The notes under the pieces were generated by a model. That model searched no databases. It was given only the letters and a program-made list of their open reading frames with translations, and was not told the origin of the DNA. Both the position numbers and the translations under genes were made by a program. DNA of 64,000 bases from Candidatus Latescibacterota bacterium (GTDB lineage: Bacteria; Latescibacterota; UBA2968): NCBI GenBank assembly GCA_965222605.1, contig OZ244960.1, positions 5,280,001-5,344,000 of the forward strand, written 5' to 3'. Shown in pieces: positions 55,474 through 64,000 of this stretch. Each line of letters starts with the position of its first letter. Position 1 is the stretch's first letter.

Positions 55474-58236
55474 ATGACAGAATGGAGATGGAATGGTGCA
55501 CGATGGTGGAAGTTCGATGTTCACGCGCATACCCCGGCCTCTAAGGATTATGGAAAGGGTAAGAACCAGACGTCTCTTCGGGAATTATCACCCAAGGAAT
55601 GGTTGCTCACCTACATGCAGGCCGGCATAGATTGTATTGCGATCACAGATCACAACATCGGCGCCTGGATTGATCCTGTCAAGAAGGCACTCGGTGAACT
55701 CGAGTCAGAGAAGCCGGAAGGTTTCAGACCCCTTTCCATTTTTCCTGGTGTGGAAATTTCGGTCAACGGTGGTGCACATCTCCTGGCGATTCTGGAATGC
55801 GATAAGACCACATCGGACATTGACGCCCTCCTCGGTGCGGTTGGAATTCCTTCTACAAAGAAAGGTTCAAGTGACGCTGTCACCACCAAGACGTTTACCG
55901 AAGTAGTAGAGGCCATTGTCTCAGCCGATGGTATTGCGATTCCCGCCCATGTAGATGATGTCAATGGGCTTTTTCGGTTATCGAGGACGACGTTGCAACA
56001 AGTATTGGACTGCAAAGATATTTTCGCCATGGAGCTAAGGAACCCGGCGTATCAGAAACCACAGCTTTACATCAACGAAAAACTGCGCTGGACAGAAATC
56101 CTTGGTTCAGATGCCCACCATCCTTCCGGTGGCGCGGAACAGTCATATCCGGGCAGCCACTTCACCTGGGTCAAGATGGGGTCGCCCAGCATGGAGGGGT
56201 TGCGGTTGGCCTTACTGGACGGGGGACTCTCCGTGGGGCGCTCCGACCAGGATACGGGGGACTTGAACCAATATGCACCATTGACATTGGATGCCATTGA
56301 AGTTTCTCAAGCGCGCTACATGGGACGCTCCCTGTCCTTCACTATTGAATTCAACCCATGGTTCAACGCTATCATCGGAGGCCGGGGCACAGGTAAATCG
56401 ACTGTTGTCGAGTTCCTTCGCATTGCCCTGCGACGAGAAGATGAATTACCACGGATGTTGCAACCGGAGTTTGAACAGTATAGCCAAGTCTATCAAGACA
56501 GAGAAGACAGCGGACTGCTTACAAACGAGGCAAGCATCCGAGTGATTTATCGGAAAGACGGCGACCGGTTTCGCATCCAGTGGAATCCATCCGGCGGCCT
56601 TGAACCTATTGAACAAGAAATGGATGGACAATGGCAACGCGCAGATGGCGATATTCGGCAACGGTTTCCTGTGCGAATCTATAGCCAGAAACAGGTATTC
56701 CAGCTCGCCAAAACACCACTTGCGTTACTTAAAATTATTGATGAGGCACCGGGGGTGGGTTACCATGCTTGGTCTGGAAAATGGAAAGCGGAAGAAAGTC
56801 GCTTTCTTTCTCTGCGTGCTAAGGCTAGAGAAATCAAGGCTGGTCTTGGCGAGGAGCCTCGTCTTCGGGGAGAGCTGGACGACGTGGAACGAAAACTGGC
56901 TATCTTTGAACAGTCGGGACACACGGAAATCCTCAAATCCTTTCAAAAACGAAGCCGCCAGTATCGGGAGGTTGAGGCATGGGAAGAAAGCTGGACAGGA
57001 ACAGGAGAGCAGTTGCGCGAAGTCACGGCTGAAATCGTGCCGGACCTTCTGGATGAATCCTCTTTCGACTCAGATTCAGCGTCAGACAATGAATTGCAGA
57101 AGCACGCCGCCAAGACGCGAGACCGCTTGGATGAAATCCGCAAAGCAGTTGAGGCACTTGCCTCGCAAGCGGATGAGGTTGTCGTCGAGTGGCGGAAAGA
57201 CCGGGATACATCATCTTGGAAACAGAGCGTTGATGCTGCCGCGCAAGCCTACCAGAAATTGACAGAGAATCTGTCCCGAGAAGGGGCCGGCGACCCTGCG
57301 GCTTACGGCGAACTCGTACAGCATCGGCAAGTCATTGAGCAGAGGCTGAGGGAACTGGACGAGCGGAAAAAACAGGTCGATAACCTGAACGGTGAGGCCG
57401 ATGCATGCTTGCAGCAATTGCTAAAAATTCGCCGGGAGTTGACAGCATCTCGTCGATCATTTCTCAATTCCGTCCTGAGCGGCAATCAGTACGTCCGGAT
57501 ACAGGTCGCCCCTTATGGTGCCCGCGAGACGGTTGAAAGCGAGTTTCGTCAAATACTCCAAAGACAGGATGGGACATTTGAGAAAGACATTGGATCGCCG
57601 AATGACGGGGGATTACTTGGTGAACTATACGAGAACGGGGCCCCAGATATTGAACAGAATCTTTTGAACATCAAGACCCATGCCACAAAGATCGCCTCGG
57701 GTGAATACGACATAGGAACAGTGGCAGACCGGCGTTTTGCTACCCATGTCGGTAGTCTTCCGCCTGAATCGATTGACCGCCTCGATCTGTGGTTTCCTGA
57801 AGATTCTTTAGAGGTTCAGTATAGCGCAAGGGGCGATGGACAGCGTTTTCGGTCAATACAGGAAGGTTCGCCCGGCCAGAAGACCGCAGCACTCTTGGCA
57901 TTTCTGCTTTCCTACGGGAATGAACCGCTGATTTTAGACCAGCCGGAGGACGATTTGGACAACCATCTCATCTACGATTTGATCGTAACCCAATTGCGGG
58001 CGATCAAACGCCATCGACAGGTCATAGTGGTCACGCACAATGCGAATATCGTCGTCAATGGCGATGCTGAGCAGGTGTTAGCACTTGCAGCGCGTGGTGG
58101 AGAAACGCAAAAAGAGTGCGAAGGGAGTCTGCAAGAGCAACAGGTTAGAGATACCATTTGTACTGTCATGGAGGGTGGGCGCAGGGCCTTTGAAGATCGC
58201 TATCGCCGCATCGCGCTGAAAGGACGCCATGTTTAA
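55474..58236 (+). CDS. PHP phosphoesterase fused to an SMC/ABC-type ATPase (TrlF-like; Ppl-type defence protein)
   Basis: DVHAHTPAS, ITDHN, GVEI, PAH, GSDAH (PHP); GGRGTGKS Walker A, long coiled coil, GSPGQK signature, LILDQPEDDLD, VVTHN, MEGG. Confidence 0.9.
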   Translation: MTEWRWNGARWWKFDVHAHTPASKDYGKGKNQTSLRELSPKEWLLTYMQAGIDCIAITDHNIGAWIDPVKKALGELESEKPEGFRPLSIFPGVEISVNGGAHLLAILECDKTTSDIDALLGAVGIPSTKKGSSDAVTTKTFTEVVEAIVSADGIAIPAHVDDVNGLFRLSRTTLQQVLDCKDIFAMELRNPAYQKPQLYINEKLRWTEILGSDAHHPSGGAEQSYPGSHFTWVKMGSPSMEGLRLALLDGGLSVGRSDQDTGDLNQYAPLTLDAIEVSQARYMGRSLSFTIEFNPWFNAIIGGRGTGKSTVVEFLRIALRREDELPRMLQPEFEQYSQVYQDREDSGLLTNEASIRVIYRKDGDRFRIQWNPSGGLEPIEQEMDGQWQRADGDIRQRFPVRIYSQKQVFQLAKTPLALLKIIDEAPGVGYHAWSGKWKAEESRFLSLRAKAREIKAGLGEEPRLRGELDDVERKLAIFEQSGHTEILKSFQKRSRQYREVEAWEESWTGTGEQLREVTAEIVPDLLDESSFDSDSASDNELQKHAAKTRDRLDEIRKAVEALASQADEVVVEWRKDRDTSSWKQSVDAAAQAYQKLTENLSREGAGDPAAYGELVQHRQVIEQRLRELDERKKQVDNLNGEADACLQQLLKIRRELTASRRSFLNSVLSGNQYVRIQVAPYGARETVESEFRQILQRQDGTFEKDIGSPNDGGLLGELYENGAPDIEQNLLNIKTHATKIASGEYDIGTVADRRFATHVGSLPPESIDRLDLWFPEDSLEVQYSARGDGQRFRSIQEGSPGQKTAALLAFLLSYGNEPLILDQPEDDLDNHLIYDLIVTQLRAIKRHRQVIVVTHNANIVVNGDAEQVLALAARGGETQKECEGSLQEQQVRDTICTVMEGGRRAFEDRYRRIALKGRHV

Positions 58237-59476
58237 TAGCCCGGAAGAACTGTTGCAGAAGATACGTCTTGGAGAAGATACGTCCCTTGAATACAAGGCA
58301 GTTCGATTCAGGGGTGGCCGGGTTTCCGATCCAAGTCACAATGCTCTGGCCGACGAATTGGCGGCCATCGCCAATACGCACGACGGTGTGCTTGTTTTGG
58401 GCGTAGATGATATGACGCGGGACATCGTCGGCATTTCGATAGATGGCCTCGAAGTCGTCGAACGATATGTGTATGAAATCTGCAACGAGAGCATCACACC
58501 GCCGGTCCCTTTTCGTTCTTTTCGCATGCAACTTCCCGATAGCACAGGGGAACTCCAGCCCGTACTCACAGTAGAAATTCCGCGCAGCCTTTTTGTTCAC
58601 AGGAGCCCCGGGGGATATTTTTTTCGGCAAGGAAGCTCAAAACGAGAGATGCCACCCGATTACCTGGCGCGGCTGTTCCAGCAGCGAAGCCAAGTCCGAC
58701 TGATTCGATTTGAGGAACAGTCAGTGCCGCAATCGAGTAAGGACGTTTTATCTGAAAAGCTGTGGACCAACTATACAACACGGTCTGATGAATCCACGGA
58801 TATTGTGCTCTTTAAACGAGGTCTTTTGTCGAAGGGAGAAAGCGGAGCCGTGCAGGCTTCGGTCGCTGGCATTCTGTTCTGTTGCGAGAATCCAGAGCAC
58901 TTTTTGCCCAATGCTTATATTGAAGCTGTGCGCTATCGTGGAAAAAAACAGGATTCCAATTACCAGATAGACGCACAAAGAATTTGCGGCCCGCTGAATC
59001 AACAGATCGAACAAGCAATGACCTTTCTCAGAAAAAACCAGACGATATCAGCCATGAAGAGGCCGCATAGAATCGAGCGGAAGCAATTCAGCGAAAGGGC
59101 GGTTTTTGAAGCTCTGGTCAATGCTGTGGCGCACCGCGATTATTCCATTTCCGCCTCGAAAATTCGGTTTTTTATTTTTGACGATCGGTTGGAAATCTAC
59201 TCGCCGGGTGCTCTCCCCAATACCGTGACCATTGACAGCATTGCTCTCCGTCAGGCGACCCGAAACGAACTGATCACAAGCCTGCTTGCAGAAACGCCCG
59301 TGGTGGAAAGAGTCGGTGATGTGGGCCGAGGTTTTTACATGGAAAAGCGGGGCGAGGGCGTTCCCATCATTGTGAGCGAGAGCGAAAAACTCTCTGGAAA
59401 GAAGCCTATATACCAATTGATTGACGATTCCGAATTGCTGCTAACCATTTTTTCTAACTGCACTGAGGAGGCGTGA
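58229..59476 (+). CDS. Schlafen/AlbA_2 domain fused to an HATPase_c_4 (RecG-C-like) domain
   Basis: GEDTSLEYK, AAIANTHDGVLVLGVDD; EALVNAVAHRDY, DRLEIYSPG, RNELI, EKRGEG; 8-nt overlap with the upstream gene. Confidence 0.88.
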   Translation: MFNSPEELLQKIRLGEDTSLEYKAVRFRGGRVSDPSHNALADELAAIANTHDGVLVLGVDDMTRDIVGISIDGLEVVERYVYEICNESITPPVPFRSFRMQLPDSTGELQPVLTVEIPRSLFVHRSPGGYFFRQGSSKREMPPDYLARLFQQRSQVRLIRFEEQSVPQSSKDVLSEKLWTNYTTRSDESTDIVLFKRGLLSKGESGAVQASVAGILFCCENPEHFLPNAYIEAVRYRGKKQDSNYQIDAQRICGPLNQQIEQAMTFLRKNQTISAMKRPHRIERKQFSERAVFEALVNAVAHRDYSISASKIRFFIFDDRLEIYSPGALPNTVTIDSIALRQATRNELITSLLAETPVVERVGDVGRGFYMEKRGEGVPIIVSESEKLSGKKPIYQLIDDSELLLTIFSNCTEEA

Positions 59477-59538
59477 CACAGGAAACTGACTAAGCGAACT
59501 CAGCAACACCACCCAAACCCATCCGACGGAGATTTACT

Positions 59539-59844
59539 ATGCCGACTTATGAATATGCGTGTACTGCATGCGATCACGAATTTGAAGCCTTTCACTCTAT
59601 CACTGCCGAACCCATTCGCTTGTGTCCCGAATGTGGCGAGCAAAAAGTCGAGCGTCTCATTAGTGGCGGTGCAGGTCTGATCTTTAAGGGGTCGGGCTTT
59701 TACATCACTGATTATCGAAGTGAAGGATACAAAGAAGCGGCTAAAAAGGACAAAGAAGCAGCCAGCGACAAAAAGTCTGACACAAAAAAATCAGAGACAA
59801 AAAAGACCTCTGAGTCGAAAAGCTCAGATACCAAAGCAGCGTGA
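59539..59844 (+). CDS. FmdB-family zinc-ribbon protein
   Basis: [11 protein letters not shown]...CPECG...[11 protein letters not shown] plus Lys/Ser-rich tail. Confidence 0.93.
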   Translation: MPTYEYACTACDHEFEAFHSITAEPIRLCPECGEQKVERLISGGAGLIFKGSGFYITDYRSEGYKEAAKKDKEAASDKKSDTKKSETKKTSESKSSDTKAA

Positions 59845-59918
59845 AAAATGGGAATTATATCCCTTTCTTAATCATGTCCCATGTTCTGACCTGGGATCCA
59901 AATAAGGAGAATCCTGCA

Positions 59919-61841
59919 ATGAGTAAAGTAATAGGCATTGATCTGGGAACGACCAACTCGTGTGTCGCTGTGATGGAAGGTGGCGACCCGGTTGTTATTC
60001 CAAATTCAGAAGGGGGGCGCACCACGCCCTCTGTAGTTGCATTCGCACAAGATGGGGAGCGCCTCGTTGGTCAGGTTGCCAAACGGCAGGCTGTGACCAA
60101 TCCGGGCAAAACCATTTATTCTATCAAGCGTTTTATGGGACGCCGCCGCGAAGAGGTGAGCACTGAAATTTCCGAAGTGCCTTACACGATTGCGAGTGAT
60201 GCCAATGGGCTGGCATCTGTACAGCTCGACGACAAGACATATACCCCGCCCGAGATTTCGGCGATGGTGCTGCAAAAAATGAAGCAAACCGCTGAAGATT
60301 ATCTCGGCGAAACCGTCACGCAGGCTGTGGTCACGGTTCCCGCATATTTTAACGATGCACAGCGACAGGCGACCAAAGATGCCGGGAAAATTGCTGGCCT
60401 CGATGTGTTGCGTATTGTCAACGAGCCAACGGCTGCATCATTGGCTTATGGTATGGACAAAAAGAGCGATGAAAAAATCGCGGTTTACGACCTCGGCGGT
60501 GGCACGTTTGACATTTCTATTCTCGAACTGGGCGATGGCGTCTTTGAAGTCAAATCGACCAATGGCGATACCCATTTGGGCGGCGATGACTTTGATCAGC
60601 GCGTCATTGACTTTCTGGCCGAGGAATTTTTGAAGGAAAATAGCGTGGATTTGCGCCAGGACCCCATGGCTTTGCAACGCCTGAAAGAAGCGGCAGAAAA
60701 AGCCAAGTGCGAATTGTCGAGTTCCGCATCTACCGACATCAATCTGCCGTTTATCACGGCCGATGCGTCTGGTCCCAAGCATCTCAATGTCAATCTGTCC
60801 CGCGCGAGATTTGAGCAACTTGTCGATGATCTCGTCGAGCGCACCAAACAGCCCTGTTTACAGGCTATTCGGGACGCCGGTCTTTCAGCTTCTGATATCG
60901 ATGAAGTGATTCTGGTAGGCGGATCAACGCGCATTCCCAAAGTACAGGAAATTGTGCAGGAAGTTTTTGGCAAAGAGCCTAATAGGGGAGTAAACCCCGA
61001 TGAAGTCGTCGCCATTGGCGCGGGCATTCAGGCGGGTGTGCTCTCGGGCGATGTGACTGATGTGTTGTTGCTCGACGTGACCCCGCTCTCGCTGGGTATT
61101 GAAACGCTCGGTGGTGTGATGACGCGCCTCATTGATCGCAATACTACGATTCCGTCAAAAAAGACCGAAGTGTTTTCAACCGCTGGCGACAGTCAGCCCT
61201 CGGTTGAGATTCACGTTTTGCAAGGCGAGCGCGATATGGCGTTGGACAACCGCACCATTGGTCGGTTCCATCTCGATGGCATTCCGCCTGCGCCGCGCGG
61301 TGTGCCGCAAATTGAAGTCACATTTGACATTGATGCAAATGGCATTCTCAATGTCTCGGCTAAAGACAAGGGCACGGGCAAAGAGCAGAATATTCGCATT
61401 GAAGCCTCGTCGGGATTGTCAGATGCGGAAATTGATAAAATGGTCAGTGATGCACAGGCCAATGCGGCCGAAGACAAGAAGAAACGCGAGGCTGTGGAAA
61501 TTAAAAATACAGCCGAGCAGCAGGTGCATCAGACCGAAAAACAGATAGAAGAAATGGGTGACAAGGTCAGTGCTGAAACAAAGGCCAAAGTGACGGAGGC
61601 CGTTGAGAAGGTCAAAGACGCCCTCAAGGGGGACAATATTGACGCGATCAAAGCGGCCAATGAGAATCTCACTCAGGTCTGGCATCAGGTTGCGAGTGAA
61701 CTCTATCAACAAGCTGCAGCAGATGAGGCACCCCAGGGTGCGCCAGGAGAACCACCACCAGGTGGTGCAGAAGGTCCCAAACAAAGCGATGATGGGGCTG
61801 TTGATGCTGAATATGAAGTTGTGGATGATAAGAAGAAGTAA
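59919..61841 (+). CDS. dnaK: Chaperone DnaK
   Basis: [38 protein letters not shown]; AAGGAG RBS before ATG 59919. Confidence 0.98.
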   Translation: MSKVIGIDLGTTNSCVAVMEGGDPVVIPNSEGGRTTPSVVAFAQDGERLVGQVAKRQAVTNPGKTIYSIKRFMGRRREEVSTEISEVPYTIASDANGLASVQLDDKTYTPPEISAMVLQKMKQTAEDYLGETVTQAVVTVPAYFNDAQRQATKDAGKIAGLDVLRIVNEPTAASLAYGMDKKSDEKIAVYDLGGGTFDISILELGDGVFEVKSTNGDTHLGGDDFDQRVIDFLAEEFLKENSVDLRQDPMALQRLKEAAEKAKCELSSSASTDINLPFITADASGPKHLNVNLSRARFEQLVDDLVERTKQPCLQAIRDAGLSASDIDEVILVGGSTRIPKVQEIVQEVFGKEPNRGVNPDEVVAIGAGIQAGVLSGDVTDVLLLDVTPLSLGIETLGGVMTRLIDRNTTIPSKKTEVFSTAGDSQPSVEIHVLQGERDMALDNRTIGRFHLDGIPPAPRGVPQIEVTFDIDANGILNVSAKDKGTGKEQNIRIEASSGLSDAEIDKMVSDAQANAAEDKKKREAVEIKNTAEQQVHQTEKQIEEMGDKVSAETKAKVTEAVEKVKDALKGDNIDAIKAANENLTQVWHQVASELYQQAAADEAPQGAPGEPPPGGAEGPKQSDDGAVDAEYEVVDDKKK

Positions 61842-61858
61842 AGGTTGAATACAACGAC

Positions 61859-61892
61859 AAAACGCCGAGGACTTTTTGCCCTCGGCGTTTTT
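61859..61892. terminator. Bidirectional intrinsic terminator
   Basis: aaaacgccgagg-actttttgc-cctcggcgttttt between convergent genes. Confidence 0.85.
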
Positions 61893-61910
61893 GTTATTAT
61901 AAAAAGCTGA

Positions 61911-62744
61911 TCACGACGCTTTTTCAATTGTCACGCGGATCGCACTCAGGGGTTTGATAAAGCGGAACCTGACGGTTTTACCGCGTGCGTCAAACCCGCC
62001 TGTGCCAACATCCTGGCTCGACAATTCCCGCAAAAAATTTGCGATCCAGGTTGTGTCGCGTTGCCATTGCGGTACGGCATTCCGGACAAACAAGCGCACG
62101 AGATCAGCATTGCGATTCAAGTCGGCATCGGATATATCGAGCACGGTTACCATAATTTCGGATCGCAACAAATCGGCTTCTGGTCCCCAGAACTCCAAAA
62201 CGACTTGTCCACTGCCGGTTGCGCCAAAATGGCGTGGCTGACCCTCGATAGGATCCACTTCTTCCAGTATTAGATCATCGGGCATTCCCGCGATCATGCC
62301 ATCAATGGATAGCGCGCCGGGAGACGGTGGCGTTGTCTGTGTTGCTTGTGTCGCTTGCGGTTCAGTTGCAGGCTGAGTTGGGCGTGCTATAGGCCGTTTT
62401 TTTCGGGTGCTTGAAGAACGACGCGCGAGGTCTTTTTGCAAAGCTGCACGCACGGCTGCGGCGTCTCCGACATAATTGCCGTGTACCCATCCCTCAGTTT
62501 TTCCATCTACGCGCACACGTAACCAGGGATTGTCCCTTTCAAAAATCTCCAGTTCACGACCGCGCTGCAAGCGCTCAACCACCTGCGATTTTGTCGTTGG
62601 CTTCTCGCGCAAATTCAGAATGGGAACGGTGACATAGACTGTTTCTTTCGGTAATAGAAAATCGCAACCGCTTAAACTCGCCATGATTACACAAAAAAGG
62701 CCGACAAAAAATCGGTCGGCCAAAAATTTCAACCGCACCATCAA
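61911..62744 (-). CDS. SH3b-domain lipoprotein
   Basis: Lipobox LSGC; LNLREKP...WLRVR...EGWVHGNYV; Pro/Thr/Gln-rich linker. Confidence 0.85.
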   Translation of the reverse strand: MMVRLKFLADRFFVGLFCVIMASLSGCDFLLPKETVYVTVPILNLREKPTTKSQVVERLQRGRELEIFERDNPWLRVRVDGKTEGWVHGNYVGDAAAVRAALQKDLARRSSSTRKKRPIARPTQPATEPQATQATQTTPPSPGALSIDGMIAGMPDDLILEEVDPIEGQPRHFGATGSGQVVLEFWGPEADLLRSEIMVTVLDISDADLNRNADLVRLFVRNAVPQWQRDTTWIANFLRELSSQDVGTGGFDARGKTVRFRFIKPLSAIRVTIEKAS

Positions 62745-62754
62745 TCATTCCTCC
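62734..62754 (-). repeat. 21-bp direct repeat, copy 1 (RBS plus start of the SH3 gene); copy 2 at 63459-63479
   Basis: cgcaccatcaatcattcctcc vs cgcaccatcaatcatacctcc (20/21). Confidence 0.85.
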
Positions 62755-63194
62755 ATTGATTCTATATTATCCAGTGATTCACGCCAGGTAAATGGATTCT
62801 GAATCTTAACTCCTCTGATGATCTGGCCATCATTCAGGTCTTCGCTCAGAATCATATCACACCGGGCACTTTCGGCACAAACCAGCACCAGAGCATCCCA
62901 AAAAGAAATCTGGTTATGCTGGCTACAGTCAATGGCCTCATAGATCAAGGCAGGCGATACTGGAACCACTTCAAGATTTCCAAAAGCCTGCAATATGCGC
63001 TTGGCCTTTAAAGGATCAACGCCCAGTTTTCGAGTTGCGACTACGAAGAACTCCTGCATGACCTGAGTAGAGATAACAGATCTATTTGCCTTCTGCAATT
63101 GTTTGAGGATCGCGCGACACGCATTTTGCTTTTCTGGCTCATCCTGATCTGTGGCGTAAATCAGGATATTCGTATCGAGAAAAACTTTAGACAC
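62745..63194 (-). CDS. PIN-domain (VapC-like) toxin
   Basis: VFLDTNILIYA, STQVMQEF, SFWDAL, LSEDL, NPF. Confidence 0.93.
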   Translation of the reverse strand: MSKVFLDTNILIYATDQDEPEKQNACRAILKQLQKANRSVISTQVMQEFFVVATRKLGVDPLKAKRILQAFGNLEVVPVSPALIYEAIDCSQHNQISFWDALVLVCAESARCDMILSEDLNDGQIIRGVKIQNPFTWRESLDNIESMEE

Positions 63195-63411
63195 GATAGA
63201 GGTCTTCCCGTTTCCACGTGGCACCTCGGGAGTGTGCTTGTGCCTGATCCATCAATTCGAAGCATTCATCGAGCCAGTGCTTTGAGGCAGGCATAACCGT
63301 TTGTTCCAGTAAGGAGTGGATTAGGCCATTCAGAGACGTATTGCGCTCTTGTGCATAGGCTCGTCCTGCTTTTATCACTTCCTCATCGAGGGCAATGATA
63401 ATATTTTCCAT
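63187..63411 (-). CDS. Antitoxin (RHH/DUF6364-like)
   Basis: NIIIALDEEVIKAGRAYA...TSLNGLI...WKREDLY; overlaps the PIN start. Confidence 0.85.
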   Translation of the reverse strand: MENIIIALDEEVIKAGRAYAQERNTSLNGLIHSLLEQTVMPASKHWLDECFELMDQAQAHSRGATWKREDLYRV

Positions 63412-63458
63412 GGTATCTGCTTTCTGGAGAAGGCGGCATTTTGCCGACAAAGACAAAA

Positions 63459-63479
63459 CGCACCATCAATCATACCTCC
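63459..63479 (-). repeat. 21-bp direct repeat, copy 2
   Basis: See 62734-62754. Confidence 0.85.
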
Positions 63480-63559
63480 GTAAAAACCCCTGTGGATATA
63501 TTTTCGATGGATTGAAAATATCGGAAATGCGATTGCTGATCAAGGATTAAATTCCACTT

Positions 63560-64000
63560 TTAATCCAGATATGTCATCTGTGAGGTTTGAGGCCATTTGC
63601 ATTGTTCGGGTGCATTTGTCGCGCTTGCCCATTCCCGAATGATCTCCAGATCCCTTCTTTTTTCCAGCATCTTCTCCGCAACCCACTCCGGGTCCCATCC
63701 GTCCAGCACTTTTGCTGTTAGTTCTTCTTGAATCGCCTGGCAATCTCCGTCGTCCGCACGATTGTGTACTTCTTCTGGATCTTCGGATAGATTGAATAAT
63801 TGCGGATCATATCCGTGATAGTAAATTAATTTCCAGTCGCCTTGCCGAATCATGCGCTGGTAGTGGCCTTCGTAGATACAGTACTCAGAAAAAGCAATAT
63901 CCTCCCAGGTATCCTCTTCGCCGCGTAGCAATGGCAACAGGCTGCGCCCGCGCGAATGGGGCAATTCGGGTGCGCCCAATGCGTCGAGCATGGTCGTATT
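63560..64000 (-). CDS. Sulfatase (choline-sulfatase-like), C-terminal part; runs off the window edge
   Basis: GRSLLPLL, FSEY, RMIRQGDWKLIYY, QLFNL.EDPEE..N. Confidence 0.88.
   Translation of the reverse strand, partial: NTTMLDALGAPELPHSRGRSLLPLLRGEEDTWEDIAFSEYCIYEGHYQRMIRQGDWKLIYYHGYDPQLFNLSEDPEEVHNRADDGDCQAIQEELTAKVLDGWDPEWVAEKMLEKRRDLEIIREWASATNAPEQCKWPQTSQMTYLD

Noticed and set aside
59845-59918. CIRCE or other heat-shock operator before dnaK
   Set aside because: No TTAGCACTC-N9-GAGTGCTAA match

Overview
Bacterial chromosomal window in which housekeeping blocks alternate with accessory patches. Housekeeping: tadA-tRNAs-large SRP RNA-dnaX-ybaB-recR-pgsA-pgpA-recA, recX-alaS-GGGP synthase-ptsH-ptsI-metK, an Omp85/DUF4390/NtrY/NtrX-like operon, sucC and dnaK. 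Accessory patches: (i) 1-10.3 kb, an island next to tRNA-Asn with an IS256 end, nested IS3/MITE scars bracketing a single-chain R-M enzyme, a TA pair and an exact 89-bp direct repeat; (ii) a 983-aa dockerin-like/CARDB/beta-propeller repeat surface protein between recA and recX; (iii) about 6 kb of defence, TA and small genes between an XPB-like helicase and its usual DUF790/Bax1 partner; (iv) a PHP-SMC-ATPase (Ppl/TrlF-like) plus Schlafen(AlbA_2)-HATPase gene pair after an orphan sucC; (v) a PIN TA module flanked by a duplicated RBS/start sequence. Multiple PhyH dioxygenases, dockerin-like EF-hand modules and a group II GGGP synthase suggest an FCB-type organism (Latescibacterota/Gemmatimonadota-like, possibly sponge-associated); this is inference only. 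Best novelty candidates are the PHP-ATPase/Schlafen pair, the loop-variable 10+5-blade propeller protein, an HGG-motif PhyH (halogenase-like signature) and an RpiB with an encapsulation-peptide-like N-terminus. All family calls come from motif recognition by eye; no database searches were run.
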